Source: an archaeon
Lineage (GTDB): Archaea > Micrarchaeota > Micrarchaeia > Norongarragalinales > UBA97
Assembly: GCA_020057405.1 (NCBI GenBank)
Contig: JAGVFW010000005.1
Coordinates: 1 to 29,318 of the forward strand
Direction: 5' to 3'
DNA: 29,318 nt
Shown: in pieces, positions 18,523 to 26,492 of the stretch
Numbering within the stretch: position 1 is the first letter of the stretch
How the letters are laid out: every line of letters begins with the position of its first letter
The notes under the pieces: generated by a model
Seen by the model: only the letters and a program-made list of their open reading frames with translations
Database searches by the model: none
What the model was told of the DNA's origin: nothing
Translations under genes and position numbers: made by a program

Positions 18523-20754
18523 ATGGTTGAAGCTCGCGGTGGCGGACTAACTTCGGTTAGGGGAGCTGGCGGCATTTTCAAGCGCTCAATCATAGGCAAT
18601 GCAATTACGCTTCAGTGGCGCCGGCGCATTGTCGAGCCATACGCTAATTTTATCGAGCGCGCCAGCGGTTCCATTCTGGCCGCCGCCGGCAAGTGGGACG
18701 CCGGCGAGATGGTGAACATCGGCGGCAAGTACTACACTTATCACGTGAGCCAAAAAGTGGTTAAGCGCGCGTATGATGGCGCTCCCCGCCCCGGCATGGC
18801 AGGCAAGTACCCGAGCAGCGGTGGCGTCATGCCGCTTGGTACTGCGCCTGACGGTAAGGACCACCGGATGGTGTTGGTTCCGGCAGACCGTCCCAATTTC
18901 TTCAAGTGGATGTGGTGGGGCTTAACCGGCCGCAACCGCGCTCCGGGCGGCACGCTTGCCCAGATGGGCATTGACGGGCCAAAGGGGTTCCGTGACTGGT
19001 CGCGCTATTGGCGCGAGTGGCGCTACTATAGTTACTCGCCTTCAACCGACATGCCTTCCTCGCTCTCAGGGTTTTACTTTGACGGTGTTGGCTCAACCCG
19101 CGGCATGAGCAAAGAGGAAGCAGGCAACGTGCTGGGCAAGGCGCTTACTGATGCAGGCGGGGAGACCGCGTCGCTGCAGCTGATTAAGGAAATGATTACC
19201 AAGCGCTTCCGCTCAAACGGCGTGATGGCCATTACGGGTGAAATGCTTGACGAGGCCCTGCGCATGCACACGATGTACGATGACGACTTGGGCGGCAAGG
19301 GCGAATGGGAGGGCCTTGGCGACTACGCCGAGCCCTACGTCAAGGGAAAAGGAACGCCGGGCGCGAGCTTGACCGAAAGCTGGCCAACGCGCTTAAAACC
19401 AATTGAGACGCCCCAGAAGAACATCGGCGAGCAGCTAAGGAATTTCCGGACCGACTACGACAAGAAGAAACTGGAGTTTGACAAGCTAGCTGACTACATT
19501 TCTGGTCGTGAGGCCGTGCTTAAGCGCCGTGGAGTTAGCGATGTGGATATGAAGACCGAGCTAAGCGCGGAGTATTCGAAGTTGAGCAAGTCAGCCGACG
19601 AACTGAAGGCCTCGACTGAAAAGACAAACAAGTCTGTAAAGGAAAAGACGGCGCGTGTTTACTGGCTTGAGGAGCTTAGCCCGGTGCAGATCATCCGCCT
19701 CTACAATTACCTCTACGTCAAGACTTCGCTTTCTGGCAGTTCGTTCGGCCACCAGGACCGCCAAGTTTACGACAAGGGAGAGTACGTCGACCAGTATGTC
19801 AATGACAAGTGGGTCGGCGGCCAGCGCGACAAGCACGGCGTTTCCGAAGTGGACAAGTACGGCTTGCCGGGTTCTGGCACGCTTGACGCGCACGGCATGC
19901 CAATGCACTACCGCGGCCGTTCGCAGATTTTCCTCAACCAGGGCGGCGTCGCTGGCTTTGGCTGGCAGTCCTTGGGCCAGGAGGTTGGCGGCGACCCGCA
20001 CATGGAATTCGCTTTCGGCCGCGACTTCTGGCCGACTTTCGCGCCCATCTACTTAAGCAAGGCTCGAAGGCTATTGTCGAACCTAAACAGCAAGAACGGC
20101 AAGATTCTCAACTGGTGCATAAATGACAAGCGGGACTTGAGGTCAACCATCAGCAAGTACCGCCAGACGCTCAAAAACGATGCTTACTTGTGGATGAGAA
20201 AAGGAATTCTCGACCACTATGACGACATTGCCTACACTGCAGCCAATACCATGGGCGCGCCCGAGGAGGTAATGCACATGCAGCTCAACCTCCACAATTA
20301 CTCCGACCACGACGCCGGGGAAGACTGGGATGCAATGAGGCGCTCGCTCCACGCCTTCCTCCTTGACCTCGAGCAGTCGGTGCCGCAGTACGTAATCGAG
20401 GGCTACCCCGGCGCGGGCGCTTACTTTGTCAGCAAGCGGCTGAAAAAGCGCTACGCGCTAATCCAGAAGGCAGCTTCAATAGTCTCGCAGCTGCGCGTTG
20501 AGGCGGACGAGAAGAAGCGCGAGGAAATCAAGAAGAACCTCGAGATGCAGTTCAAGCGCCACTGGCTCTCGAAGGAAGAAACCGGCGTTGACCCCGATAG
20601 CCTGACGACCGAGCTTATCACGCTTCTTGAGCGCTATCCGGACCTGCTTAAGCTTTGGACAATGCCCTCAGCGCACAGCGGCTCGCCAACCAAGATTGGT
20701 TCAATACCGGTTACGACCGCTGCAGACCGAACGGGCTCGATGCCGTTTAGATGA
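18523..20754 (+). CDS. Hypothetical protein starting MVEARGG (743 aa)
   Basis: Long ORF with genome-typical codon usage; start reassigned from 18439 to ATG 18523. No recognised domain; Trp-rich patches and a central coiled coil. Confidence 0.8.
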   Translation: MVEARGGGLTSVRGAGGIFKRSIIGNAITLQWRRRIVEPYANFIERASGSILAAAGKWDAGEMVNIGGKYYTYHVSQKVVKRAYDGAPRPGMAGKYPSSGGVMPLGTAPDGKDHRMVLVPADRPNFFKWMWWGLTGRNRAPGGTLAQMGIDGPKGFRDWSRYWREWRYYSYSPSTDMPSSLSGFYFDGVGSTRGMSKEEAGNVLGKALTDAGGETASLQLIKEMITKRFRSNGVMAITGEMLDEALRMHTMYDDDLGGKGEWEGLGDYAEPYVKGKGTPGASLTESWPTRLKPIETPQKNIGEQLRNFRTDYDKKKLEFDKLADYISGREAVLKRRGVSDVDMKTELSAEYSKLSKSADELKASTEKTNKSVKEKTARVYWLEELSPVQIIRLYNYLYVKTSLSGSSFGHQDRQVYDKGEYVDQYVNDKWVGGQRDKHGVSEVDKYGLPGSGTLDAHGMPMHYRGRSQIFLNQGGVAGFGWQSLGQEVGGDPHMEFAFGRDFWPTFAPIYLSKARRLLSNLNSKNGKILNWCINDKRDLRSTISKYRQTLKNDAYLWMRKGILDHYDDIAYTAANTMGAPEEVMHMQLNLHNYSDHDAGEDWDAMRRSLHAFLLDLEQSVPQYVIEGYPGAGAYFVSKRLKKRYALIQKAASIVSQLRVEADEKKREEIKKNLEMQFKRHWLSKEETGVDPDSLTTELITLLERYPDLLKLWTMPSAHSGSPTKIGSIPVTTAADRTGSMPFR

Positions 20755-20771
20755 TATGAGGAAAAACTAAG

Positions 20772-21551
20772 ATGGAACCGGGATTTGAAGCAATAATCAA
20801 GGCCGCAATCAGCGAGGCCGCCCCAGAGGCAATAAAGGCGATAGGCAATGCCTTCAAGGATAAAGTCAAGGCCGACCTGCGCGTGAGGCACGGCAACGAC
20901 AAGATTGACGAGAAGACCCTTGACACTCAAAAGGAGGCATTTTTAGCGCAGTATGGGGCTCTGCTTCACGCCGCTGCCCCCTTCAGCAAGATTGAGCACC
21001 ACTACCTCTACCGCTCAAAGGGCTTTGGTGACATGACGACCAACCTAGCCCGGAGGCTTGCCGACCTGAAGGTGGAAGAAACCGGCTTCACCGACGAGCA
21101 CCCCAAGTACGTCCAGCTTTTCACAAACGCGCTTCACCAAATGCTGATGACTTACCAGACGACGGACCCGCAGCACCCGATGGACTACTGGGCCGAGCGC
21201 ATGGAGAAATTTGTGAGGCCCGAGGACATTGACAAATTGATTGCACCGGGAAAAACGTATGACGCTTACACTAAGCCTTACCTAAACCTCATGGCCCAGG
21301 GCCCGGGCTTCTTCGAACTGACCATGAGACTTGACAATTTCGAGGGAGAAGCACGCCACGCGCCTTTTGAGGACGACATGGGCAAGAAAGGGAAGCACTT
21401 GCGCGACGAGCTAAGGTGGACTGGCGAGCTAACTCCTGAAGGCCGCGTCAAGTTCACGGGCCACGGCTTTGGCATTGGCACTGAAACCATAAATGCAGTC
21501 AAGCAAGCCGCAAAGGTTCACGCGACAAGGATTGCCAAAGAATACCGCTAG
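20772..21551 (+). CDS. Hypothetical protein (259 aa)
   Basis: ATG preceded by GAGG, 17 nt after the upstream stop; probably co-transcribed. Confidence 0.75.
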   Translation: MEPGFEAIIKAAISEAAPEAIKAIGNAFKDKVKADLRVRHGNDKIDEKTLDTQKEAFLAQYGALLHAAAPFSKIEHHYLYRSKGFGDMTTNLARRLADLKVEETGFTDEHPKYVQLFTNALHQMLMTYQTTDPQHPMDYWAERMEKFVRPEDIDKLIAPGKTYDAYTKPYLNLMAQGPGFFELTMRLDNFEGEARHAPFEDDMGKKGKHLRDELRWTGELTPEGRVKFTGHGFGIGTETINAVKQAAKVHATRIAKEYR

Positions 21552-21600
21552 GGCTAATAACTTAAGGCAAAAAATCAAGACTAGACAATTAGCTTGCGCG

Positions 21601-22164
21601 TTAGTTTAGGTTTGCGCCCCTGCGCAATGTCTTTCCGAGCTCGACTGCTCTAAGCTTTAGCAGCCTGTTGACTTCAGCGGCCAAGCGCTTGGCTCCTTCT
21701 TCGTCAAGAGGCGCATCCTCAAGCAACATTTGGTCAACTGGATAAAGGTACTTTACCTTGTTGACGCTGCGAATGTCAAGCGACTGGGGTTTTACGAGCG
21801 GGTCAATGTCCGCCTGAAGCCCCTGCTCAACGTGCGCGCTAGTAATTGTGAAGGGTTTTTTGTTGCCCCCGAAAAGTCCCGCAAGAAACCCGCCGTTGCT
21901 TGGCGACTCCTTTGCGACCTTGTTGTGCGCCTCTGCAATGACCGCAGTGAGGGTCTGCCTGAAAAGCTTCGCCTGCTTTTCACTCCTGCCGTCCTGCCAA
22001 GTCGTAACTTCGACAGCGTGCCTTGGAATCTCTATTGAAATAGTGCGGTTAAGCGGCTTTACCGACGCAGTAGATAATGCTTCAACAGCGTCAAAGCGGG
22101 GGGCCCAGTTGGGAAGCAATGGCCGTTCTGCCGTCAGCGCAAGGGGCTTGGGAATTCTTTTCAT
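21601..22164 (-). CDS. Hypothetical protein (about 187 aa)
   Basis: Likely start ATG 22164 (MKRIPKPL) with a G-rich upstream sequence. The track's 22248 start runs into the divergent promoter region. Confidence 0.6.
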   Translation of the reverse strand: MKRIPKPLALTAERPLLPNWAPRFDAVEALSTASVKPLNRTISIEIPRHAVEVTTWQDGRSEKQAKLFRQTLTAVIAEAHNKVAKESPSNGGFLAGLFGGNKKPFTITSAHVEQGLQADIDPLVKPQSLDIRSVNKVKYLYPVDQMLLEDAPLDEEGAKRLAAEVNRLLKLRAVELGKTLRRGANLN

Positions 22165-22317
22165 GATGTACCCTTTTCCCCTACAGGGCTTCTTAATTGT
22201 TTCTAAGGCCGTTGGCCTTCGTGAGTGCGCTCGACTTTTTTTTGCCAAGAGGCTAAAGCAAAGGCCGAAGCTTTAAAAGCTCCCGCAGCTACTTTCATCA
22301 GTTGTCGGTGTTTGACT

Positions 22318-22779
22318 ATGGGTTTGTTTGGCAAGGGTGCTCCTCGAGAAAAGCGCGTTTCCAAAGAGGCTGCGCTAAAGGAACTTGGAGGCATCTTTCA
22401 GACGCAGTTTTCACCAAAACTACGCTCAGCGTTGCGCAATTACTCCAAGCAGCCCGAAGCGTCCAAAGCCGCGATTGGTTCTGCATTGGCTTACGCTTAT
22501 CGGCTGGGTTACTACCGCGTCCACAATGGCTTTATCGGTCGCACGCTGCAAACCACTCCCAAGGTGGAAAAAAGCCAGTTCTACACGCCCTTGGAGAAGC
22601 CGGGCGTCGATGACCCGAAGCTCGTGGCAAACCGCTCTTTTGACCCGCTCGTTGAGCAGATTGTTGCCCTAAAGGGCAAGGGGCACTCTGAAGACGTGAT
22701 TATCGAGTCCCACCTGCTGCCACTCTTCGAGCGCGTTTTCGTCCAGGGCGCTGAAGGCGGCCTAAAAAGAATTCGCTGA
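22318..22779 (+). CDS. Hypothetical protein (153 aa)
   Basis: Likely start ATG 22318 (MGLFGK) preceded by GGTG; CTTTAAAAG at 22271-22279. Confidence 0.7.
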   Translation: MGLFGKGAPREKRVSKEAALKELGGIFQTQFSPKLRSALRNYSKQPEASKAAIGSALAYAYRLGYYRVHNGFIGRTLQTTPKVEKSQFYTPLEKPGVDDPKLVANRSFDPLVEQIVALKGKGHSEDVIIESHLLPLFERVFVQGAEGGLKRIR

Positions 22780-22787
22780 TTGTAGAA

Positions 22788-22859
22788 AGCCTCGAAAGGG
22801 AATCGAACCCTCAACCTCGTGCTTACCATGCACGCGCTCTGCCATTGAGCTACCGAGGC
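22788..22859 (-). tRNA. tRNA-Thr(GGT)
   Basis: Reverse complement GCCTCGG-TA-GCTC AATGGCA GAGC-G-CGTGC AT GGT AA GCACG-AGGTT-GAGGG TTCGATT CCCTT-TCGAGGC-T; full cloverleaf, no encoded CCA. Confidence 0.95.
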
Positions 22860-22925
22860 GCTGTCACCCAAATCGCAGGGTTTAATTACATATTGCCTGC
22901 ATAAGAGATTTAAACGGTAGTTCTA

Positions 22926-23078
22926 ATGGGTAAATTTCCAATCGCCGACAAGGCCATATTCAAGGTTCGCATCTGCAAGCGCTGCAAGGCCAGAAATTCC
23001 TTACGGGCACTGCGGTGCCGCAAGTGCGACTATCCAAACCTACGGCCCAAGAAGGCACGCAAGAAAGAGACTAAGTAG
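22926..23078 (+). CDS. rpl40e: 50S ribosomal protein L40e (absent from ORF track)
   Basis: Hand translation MGKFPIADKAIFKVRICKRCKARNSLRALRCRKCDYPNLRPKKARKKETK*, matching the L40e pattern IC..C.ARN......CRKC....LRPK. Confidence 0.95.
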   Translation: MGKFPIADKAIFKVRICKRCKARNSLRALRCRKCDYPNLRPKKARKKETK

Positions 23079-23135
23079 GCTTCAGGTAGTCTTTGCAGCA
23101 ATACTTAAACTGCCTAGTGTCCTCCATATTCATTT

Positions 23136-23212
23136 GCAGGAGTGGCGAACCTTTTCTTCGGGCTGCGAGGCTCCCGCGTCAGGCGGCTCGCTTCTCGCCC
23201 TCGAAAAGGTTC
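23136..23212 (+). ncRNA. Candidate structured small RNA (long hairpin) whose 5' end copies tRNA-Leu
   Basis: Perfect 10-bp stem GAACCTTTTC/GAAAAGGTTC enclosing nested helices GGGC/GCCC, GCGAG/CTCGC and CCGC/GCGG. TATA-like CTTAAA about 26 nt upstream. Confidence 0.45.
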
Positions 23213-23253
23213 ATCAAAAGGGCGTTAAAGCGCGTTAGGCTTCAATTTACGTT

Positions 23254-23338
23254 GCAGGAGTGGCCGAGCTTGGTCAAAGGCGCGGGACTTAAGATCCCGT
23301 CCCCCAGGGGTTCGAGAGTTCAAATCTCTCCTCCTGCA
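23254..23338 (+). tRNA. tRNA-Leu(TAA)
   Basis: Acceptor GCAGGAG/CTCCTGC+A, anticodon arm CGGGA CT TAA GA TCCCG, long variable arm, T arm GAGAG TTCAAAT CTCTC; no CCA. Confidence 0.95.
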
Positions 23339-23383
23339 TTCTTTACCGCAAGCGCTTTATCCTGCGGTTGAGTTACTTGCCTG

Positions 23384-24028
23384 ATGCTAGAGTTTGCCGC
23401 GCTGGCTTTTGGCCTTGGGGTCAAGCACAGTTTTGACGCCGACCACCTAATCGCCGTCTCCAACCTGCTTACCCGCTCGAAATCCCTTTTTCATTCAGTC
23501 CAAAACGCGGTTTACTGGGCCGGCGGGCACATGCTCGCCGCTTCCGTAATCACTTTACTGCTCCTGACTTTCCGCGACTCGCTGTTACCTGTCATTCTAG
23601 ACAAATTCGAGATTGCAGTCGCCGCAATGCTGATTTTCCTCGGCCTCGCAAGCATAAGTCAAGCCCTGTCGTTTCACTCCCACCGCCACGAGCACGGCGG
23701 CGAGTCGCACGAGCACCACCACTTCCACATTCGCGCAAACGACGGCCACGAGCACGGCCACATGTTCGGAATCGGTATCGTCCACGGGCTTGCAAGCAAC
23801 GACGAGCTGCTCTTGCTCCTCACAGTTTCCCTCGGCCTGGCGACAGCGGCGGAAATGGTCGCCGGAGTCGCAATCTTTTCCTTTGGTGTCGCACTTGGCA
23901 TGGTCGCGTTCAGCGCATTATTCACTTTGCCCATAGTGAAGGCAAAAAGCGTGCAGTTTTTGCGCGCCATTAACCTTTTTGTCGGCCTGCTAAGCGTCGG
24001 TTACGGGCTTGTGATGGTGCTTGGATGA
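23384..24028 (+). CDS. Nickel/cobalt transporter-like membrane protein (HoxN/NixA-UreH family)
   Basis: GVKHSFDADH signature, 'WAGGH', His-rich loop HSHRHEH...HEHHHFH, 'GIGIVHGLA', about 6 TM helices. Confidence 0.85.
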   Translation: MLEFAALAFGLGVKHSFDADHLIAVSNLLTRSKSLFHSVQNAVYWAGGHMLAASVITLLLLTFRDSLLPVILDKFEIAVAAMLIFLGLASISQALSFHSHRHEHGGESHEHHHFHIRANDGHEHGHMFGIGIVHGLASNDELLLLLTVSLGLATAAEMVAGVAIFSFGVALGMVAFSALFTLPIVKAKSVQFLRAINLFVGLLSVGYGLVMVLG

Positions 24029-24240
24029 AAGTAAAGCCCGGCCGCTACCGGCATTACAAGGGAAAAGAGTATGCCGTCATTGCAACTGCCAAGCACAGCG
24101 AGACGCTTGAGGAGATGGTAGTCTACCGCGCCCTCTACGGCAAGCGCACCCTGTGGGTGCGGCCTGCGAAAATGTTTTGCGAAAAAGTAGTTGTCAACGG
24201 AAAGAAGGTGCCGCGGTTCGCTTTCATCGGAGTTAAATAA
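24025..24240 (+). CDS. DUF1653 family protein
   Basis: GRYRHYKGKEY.V...AKHSETLEEMVVYRALYG...LWVRP..MF...PRF signature. Confidence 0.92.
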   Translation: MKVKPGRYRHYKGKEYAVIATAKHSETLEEMVVYRALYGKRTLWVRPAKMFCEKVVVNGKKVPRFAFIGVK

Positions 24241-24263
24241 ATCCCGCTGCCCTAAATGTTTTC

Positions 24264-25067
24264 GTGACAAAAGTTCCTTCGCTCAAGCTCAACAACGGCG
24301 TTTCCATCCCAGCCCTCGGCCTTGGTACTTGGAAGCTCGCCGACGGCCCCGAAGCGGCTAGCGCTGTGAAGTGGGCGCTTGAGGCGGGCTACCGCCACAT
24401 CGACACTGCCGCAATCTACGGCAACGAAGAGAGCGTGGGAAAGGCGATTGCCGCAAGCGGCGTGCCACGCGAGGAGATTTTCGTCACAACCAAGCTCTGG
24501 AACTCCGACCAGCCGCGGCCAAGGGAAGCATTCAACGCCAGCCTCAAGCGACTGGGCCTCGACTACATCGACCTCTACCTCATCCACTGGCCGAGCCCGG
24601 AATCGCACTTTGGCGCCTGGAAGGAACTTGAGAAAATTTACGGCGAAGGAAAGTGCCGTGCAATAGGGGTTAGCAACTTCAGCATCGGGCACTTGGACGG
24701 GCTTTTGGCGCAGTGCAAAGTCGTCCCTGCAGTCAACCAAGTCGAGTTCTCGCCTTTCCTCTACCAAAAAGAGTTGCTTGAATTCTGTCGCGGCAAGGGA
24801 ATGCAACTCGAGGCTTACAGCCCGCTTACGCGGGGAAAACGCCTTGGTGACAACCGCGTTGAAGCAATTGCTAAAAAGCACGGCAAGTCGAATGCGCAAG
24901 TGCTCATCCGCTGGTCACTTCAGCACGGAAACGTCGTCATCCCCAAGTCCGCCAATAAAGAGCGCATTGCCGAAAACTTCGCAGTATTCGACTTCGAGCT
25001 ATTGCCCTCCGAGATGGCTGCCCTCGATGCTCTCGACGAGGGCTACCGGATAGTGCCCGTGCCTTAA
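24264..25067 (+). CDS. Aldo/keto reductase (AKR5/2,5-diketogluconate reductase-like)
   Basis: GLGTW, GYRHIDTAAIYGNE, FVTTKLWN, LDYIDLYLIHWP, AIGVSNF, NQVE, IPKS; catalytic D-Y-K-H present. Confidence 0.95.
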   Translation: MTKVPSLKLNNGVSIPALGLGTWKLADGPEAASAVKWALEAGYRHIDTAAIYGNEESVGKAIAASGVPREEIFVTTKLWNSDQPRPREAFNASLKRLGLDYIDLYLIHWPSPESHFGAWKELEKIYGEGKCRAIGVSNFSIGHLDGLLAQCKVVPAVNQVEFSPFLYQKELLEFCRGKGMQLEAYSPLTRGKRLGDNRVEAIAKKHGKSNAQVLIRWSLQHGNVVIPKSANKERIAENFAVFDFELLPSEMAALDALDEGYRIVPVP

Positions 25068-25113
25068 CCCCGCCAGCAAAAGCTTTAATGCAGGGGGGAG
25101 GCAAACGCATATC

Positions 25114-25785
25114 GTGAGACTTGCTTTCGCCCTCGGGCTGTTTGCATTGCTTTTCTTTTCATTTGCTAGCGCCGCCTCTTTACCCGGCAGCTATCTTGTT
25201 CTTGTGTCCGGAGATTGCTCTTCTGACCCTGCAAAGTGCGTTGGGTTGACCGGCACGGGTTCCAGCCCGCAATTATCTAGTCATATTGCGTCAAACACGC
25301 CTTTGGGCAGCACTGACTTGCGGGGCCCGCCAAGCATTTCACCAGCGACAATCCAGCGCGTTCTGGCGCAGGGTGGTTCTCCCGCGGCCTCCGAACCCGG
25401 TTTTGCCCAGTGCCTTTACGACGCAGGGAAACAATCCGGTATCGACCCGGCGTTTCCGCTCGCTTTCTTCAAGCGCGAGTCTAGTTTCGGCAGAGCGGGT
25501 ATAGCAAAATCGACTAAGGGCATTGGAAACGTCAAAGGTTCTGGTTCCGCAGGAAGCTACAAGGGCTTTCGTGCCTACTCTACTTGGTGTCAGGGTGCGA
25601 AGGATTGGTTCGGGCTTATTTCCGGCAGCAAGTATTACTTCGGGGGCAGTCACTTTACGCTAGAGCAAATACTTCCGATTTACGCCCCGACGAGCGACAA
25701 TAACGTCTTGTACGGAAACGGCGGCTACATTAACGGCGTGGCGGGACTTGTCTCGTCATGGCGCAACAGCGAGAGATATGCCTAA
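25114..25785 (+). CDS. Secreted lysozyme-fold glucosaminidase (GH73-like), putative peptidoglycan hydrolase
   Basis: Signal peptide ending ASA; 'LYDAGKQSGIDPAFPLAFFKRESSFG' with putative catalytic Glu in ES; 'FRAYSTWCQG'; 'TLEQILPIYAPTSD' equivalent to the YATD motif. Confidence 0.8.
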   Translation: MRLAFALGLFALLFFSFASAASLPGSYLVLVSGDCSSDPAKCVGLTGTGSSPQLSSHIASNTPLGSTDLRGPPSISPATIQRVLAQGGSPAASEPGFAQCLYDAGKQSGIDPAFPLAFFKRESSFGRAGIAKSTKGIGNVKGSGSAGSYKGFRAYSTWCQGAKDWFGLISGSKYYFGGSHFTLEQILPIYAPTSDNNVLYGNGGYINGVAGLVSSWRNSERYA

Positions 25786-25821
25786 GCCCGCGGGTGTTGA
25801 CTAATTAGCGCTTTTGATTTT

Positions 25822-26454
25822 TTACGCATAGGTGGGCGCCGCAGTTCTTCGCACGCGCCTGTAGCCCGAAAAGTGTCCGCCTGCAACGCCTAACGAGCCG
25901 TCGCAGTTGTTGCTTTGCTTGACTATTCCCGCGCTGCTGCTTGCTGCAATGAATTTGCCGCAGGGAATGCCGTTGACCGAGCGAGTGGCCTGCAGGAATA
26001 TTCCGACGTGGGTAACGGTTCCAGGCGGCTTGGCGGGATTGGTGCCTTTCCAACAGAGCAGGTCGCCGGGCTGCGGAATTTCAACTTTATCTGAGAATCT
26101 TGAATCGCATTGTTCTGCCGCAGTTCTCGGAAGTGCCACGCCGTAAGCTTGTTTTACGAGCGCCTTGGTGAAACCCGAGCAGTCGGTCAACCCGGAAATT
26201 CCTCCCTCCGGAAGGAATGTAACATCGTTTGAGCCGTAGCCGTAGCGCACCTGGCCGCCCAGTGATTTGATTGCGTTTTGCGCAAGCAGGTTGTTTGAGT
26301 CGTAGTTGCCGTTGGTAATGTAACTGTCGATTCCGGCCGCCCTTACGCACGCGTTAGGGTCGGGGCACGCGCCTTCGAGCATAGTAACGTAGCTTTCGGC
26401 GTACGCTAGGCTGGAGAGAACGAGCACTGCGGCGACGATGGCGAATGCCTTCAC
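25822..26454 (-). CDS. Secreted NlpC/P60 (C40) cysteine peptidase, putative peptidoglycan endopeptidase
   Basis: Signal peptide ending AYA; Y.YG, DCSGF, 'YGVALPRTAAEQ', 'QPGDLL', 'HVGIF', 'FIAASSSAGI', 'GYRRV'. Confidence 0.92.
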   Translation of the reverse strand: MKAFAIVAAVLVLSSLAYAESYVTMLEGACPDPNACVRAAGIDSYITNGNYDSNNLLAQNAIKSLGGQVRYGYGSNDVTFLPEGGISGLTDCSGFTKALVKQAYGVALPRTAAEQCDSRFSDKVEIPQPGDLLCWKGTNPAKPPGTVTHVGIFLQATRSVNGIPCGKFIAASSSAGIVKQSNNCDGSLGVAGGHFSGYRRVRRTAAPTYA

Positions 26455-26492
26455 GCAAACACTTTACCCTCGGCGGGATAAAAGACTTGGCT

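Noticed and set aside
23093-23371. 92-aa ORF, and likewise 22581..22871
   Set aside because: Both overlap tRNA genes; spurious.
25087-25101. Partial inverted resemblance to the tRNA-Leu 3' end as a possible att site
   Set aside because: Only 11/15 matches in low-complexity sequence, wrong orientation and no integrase.
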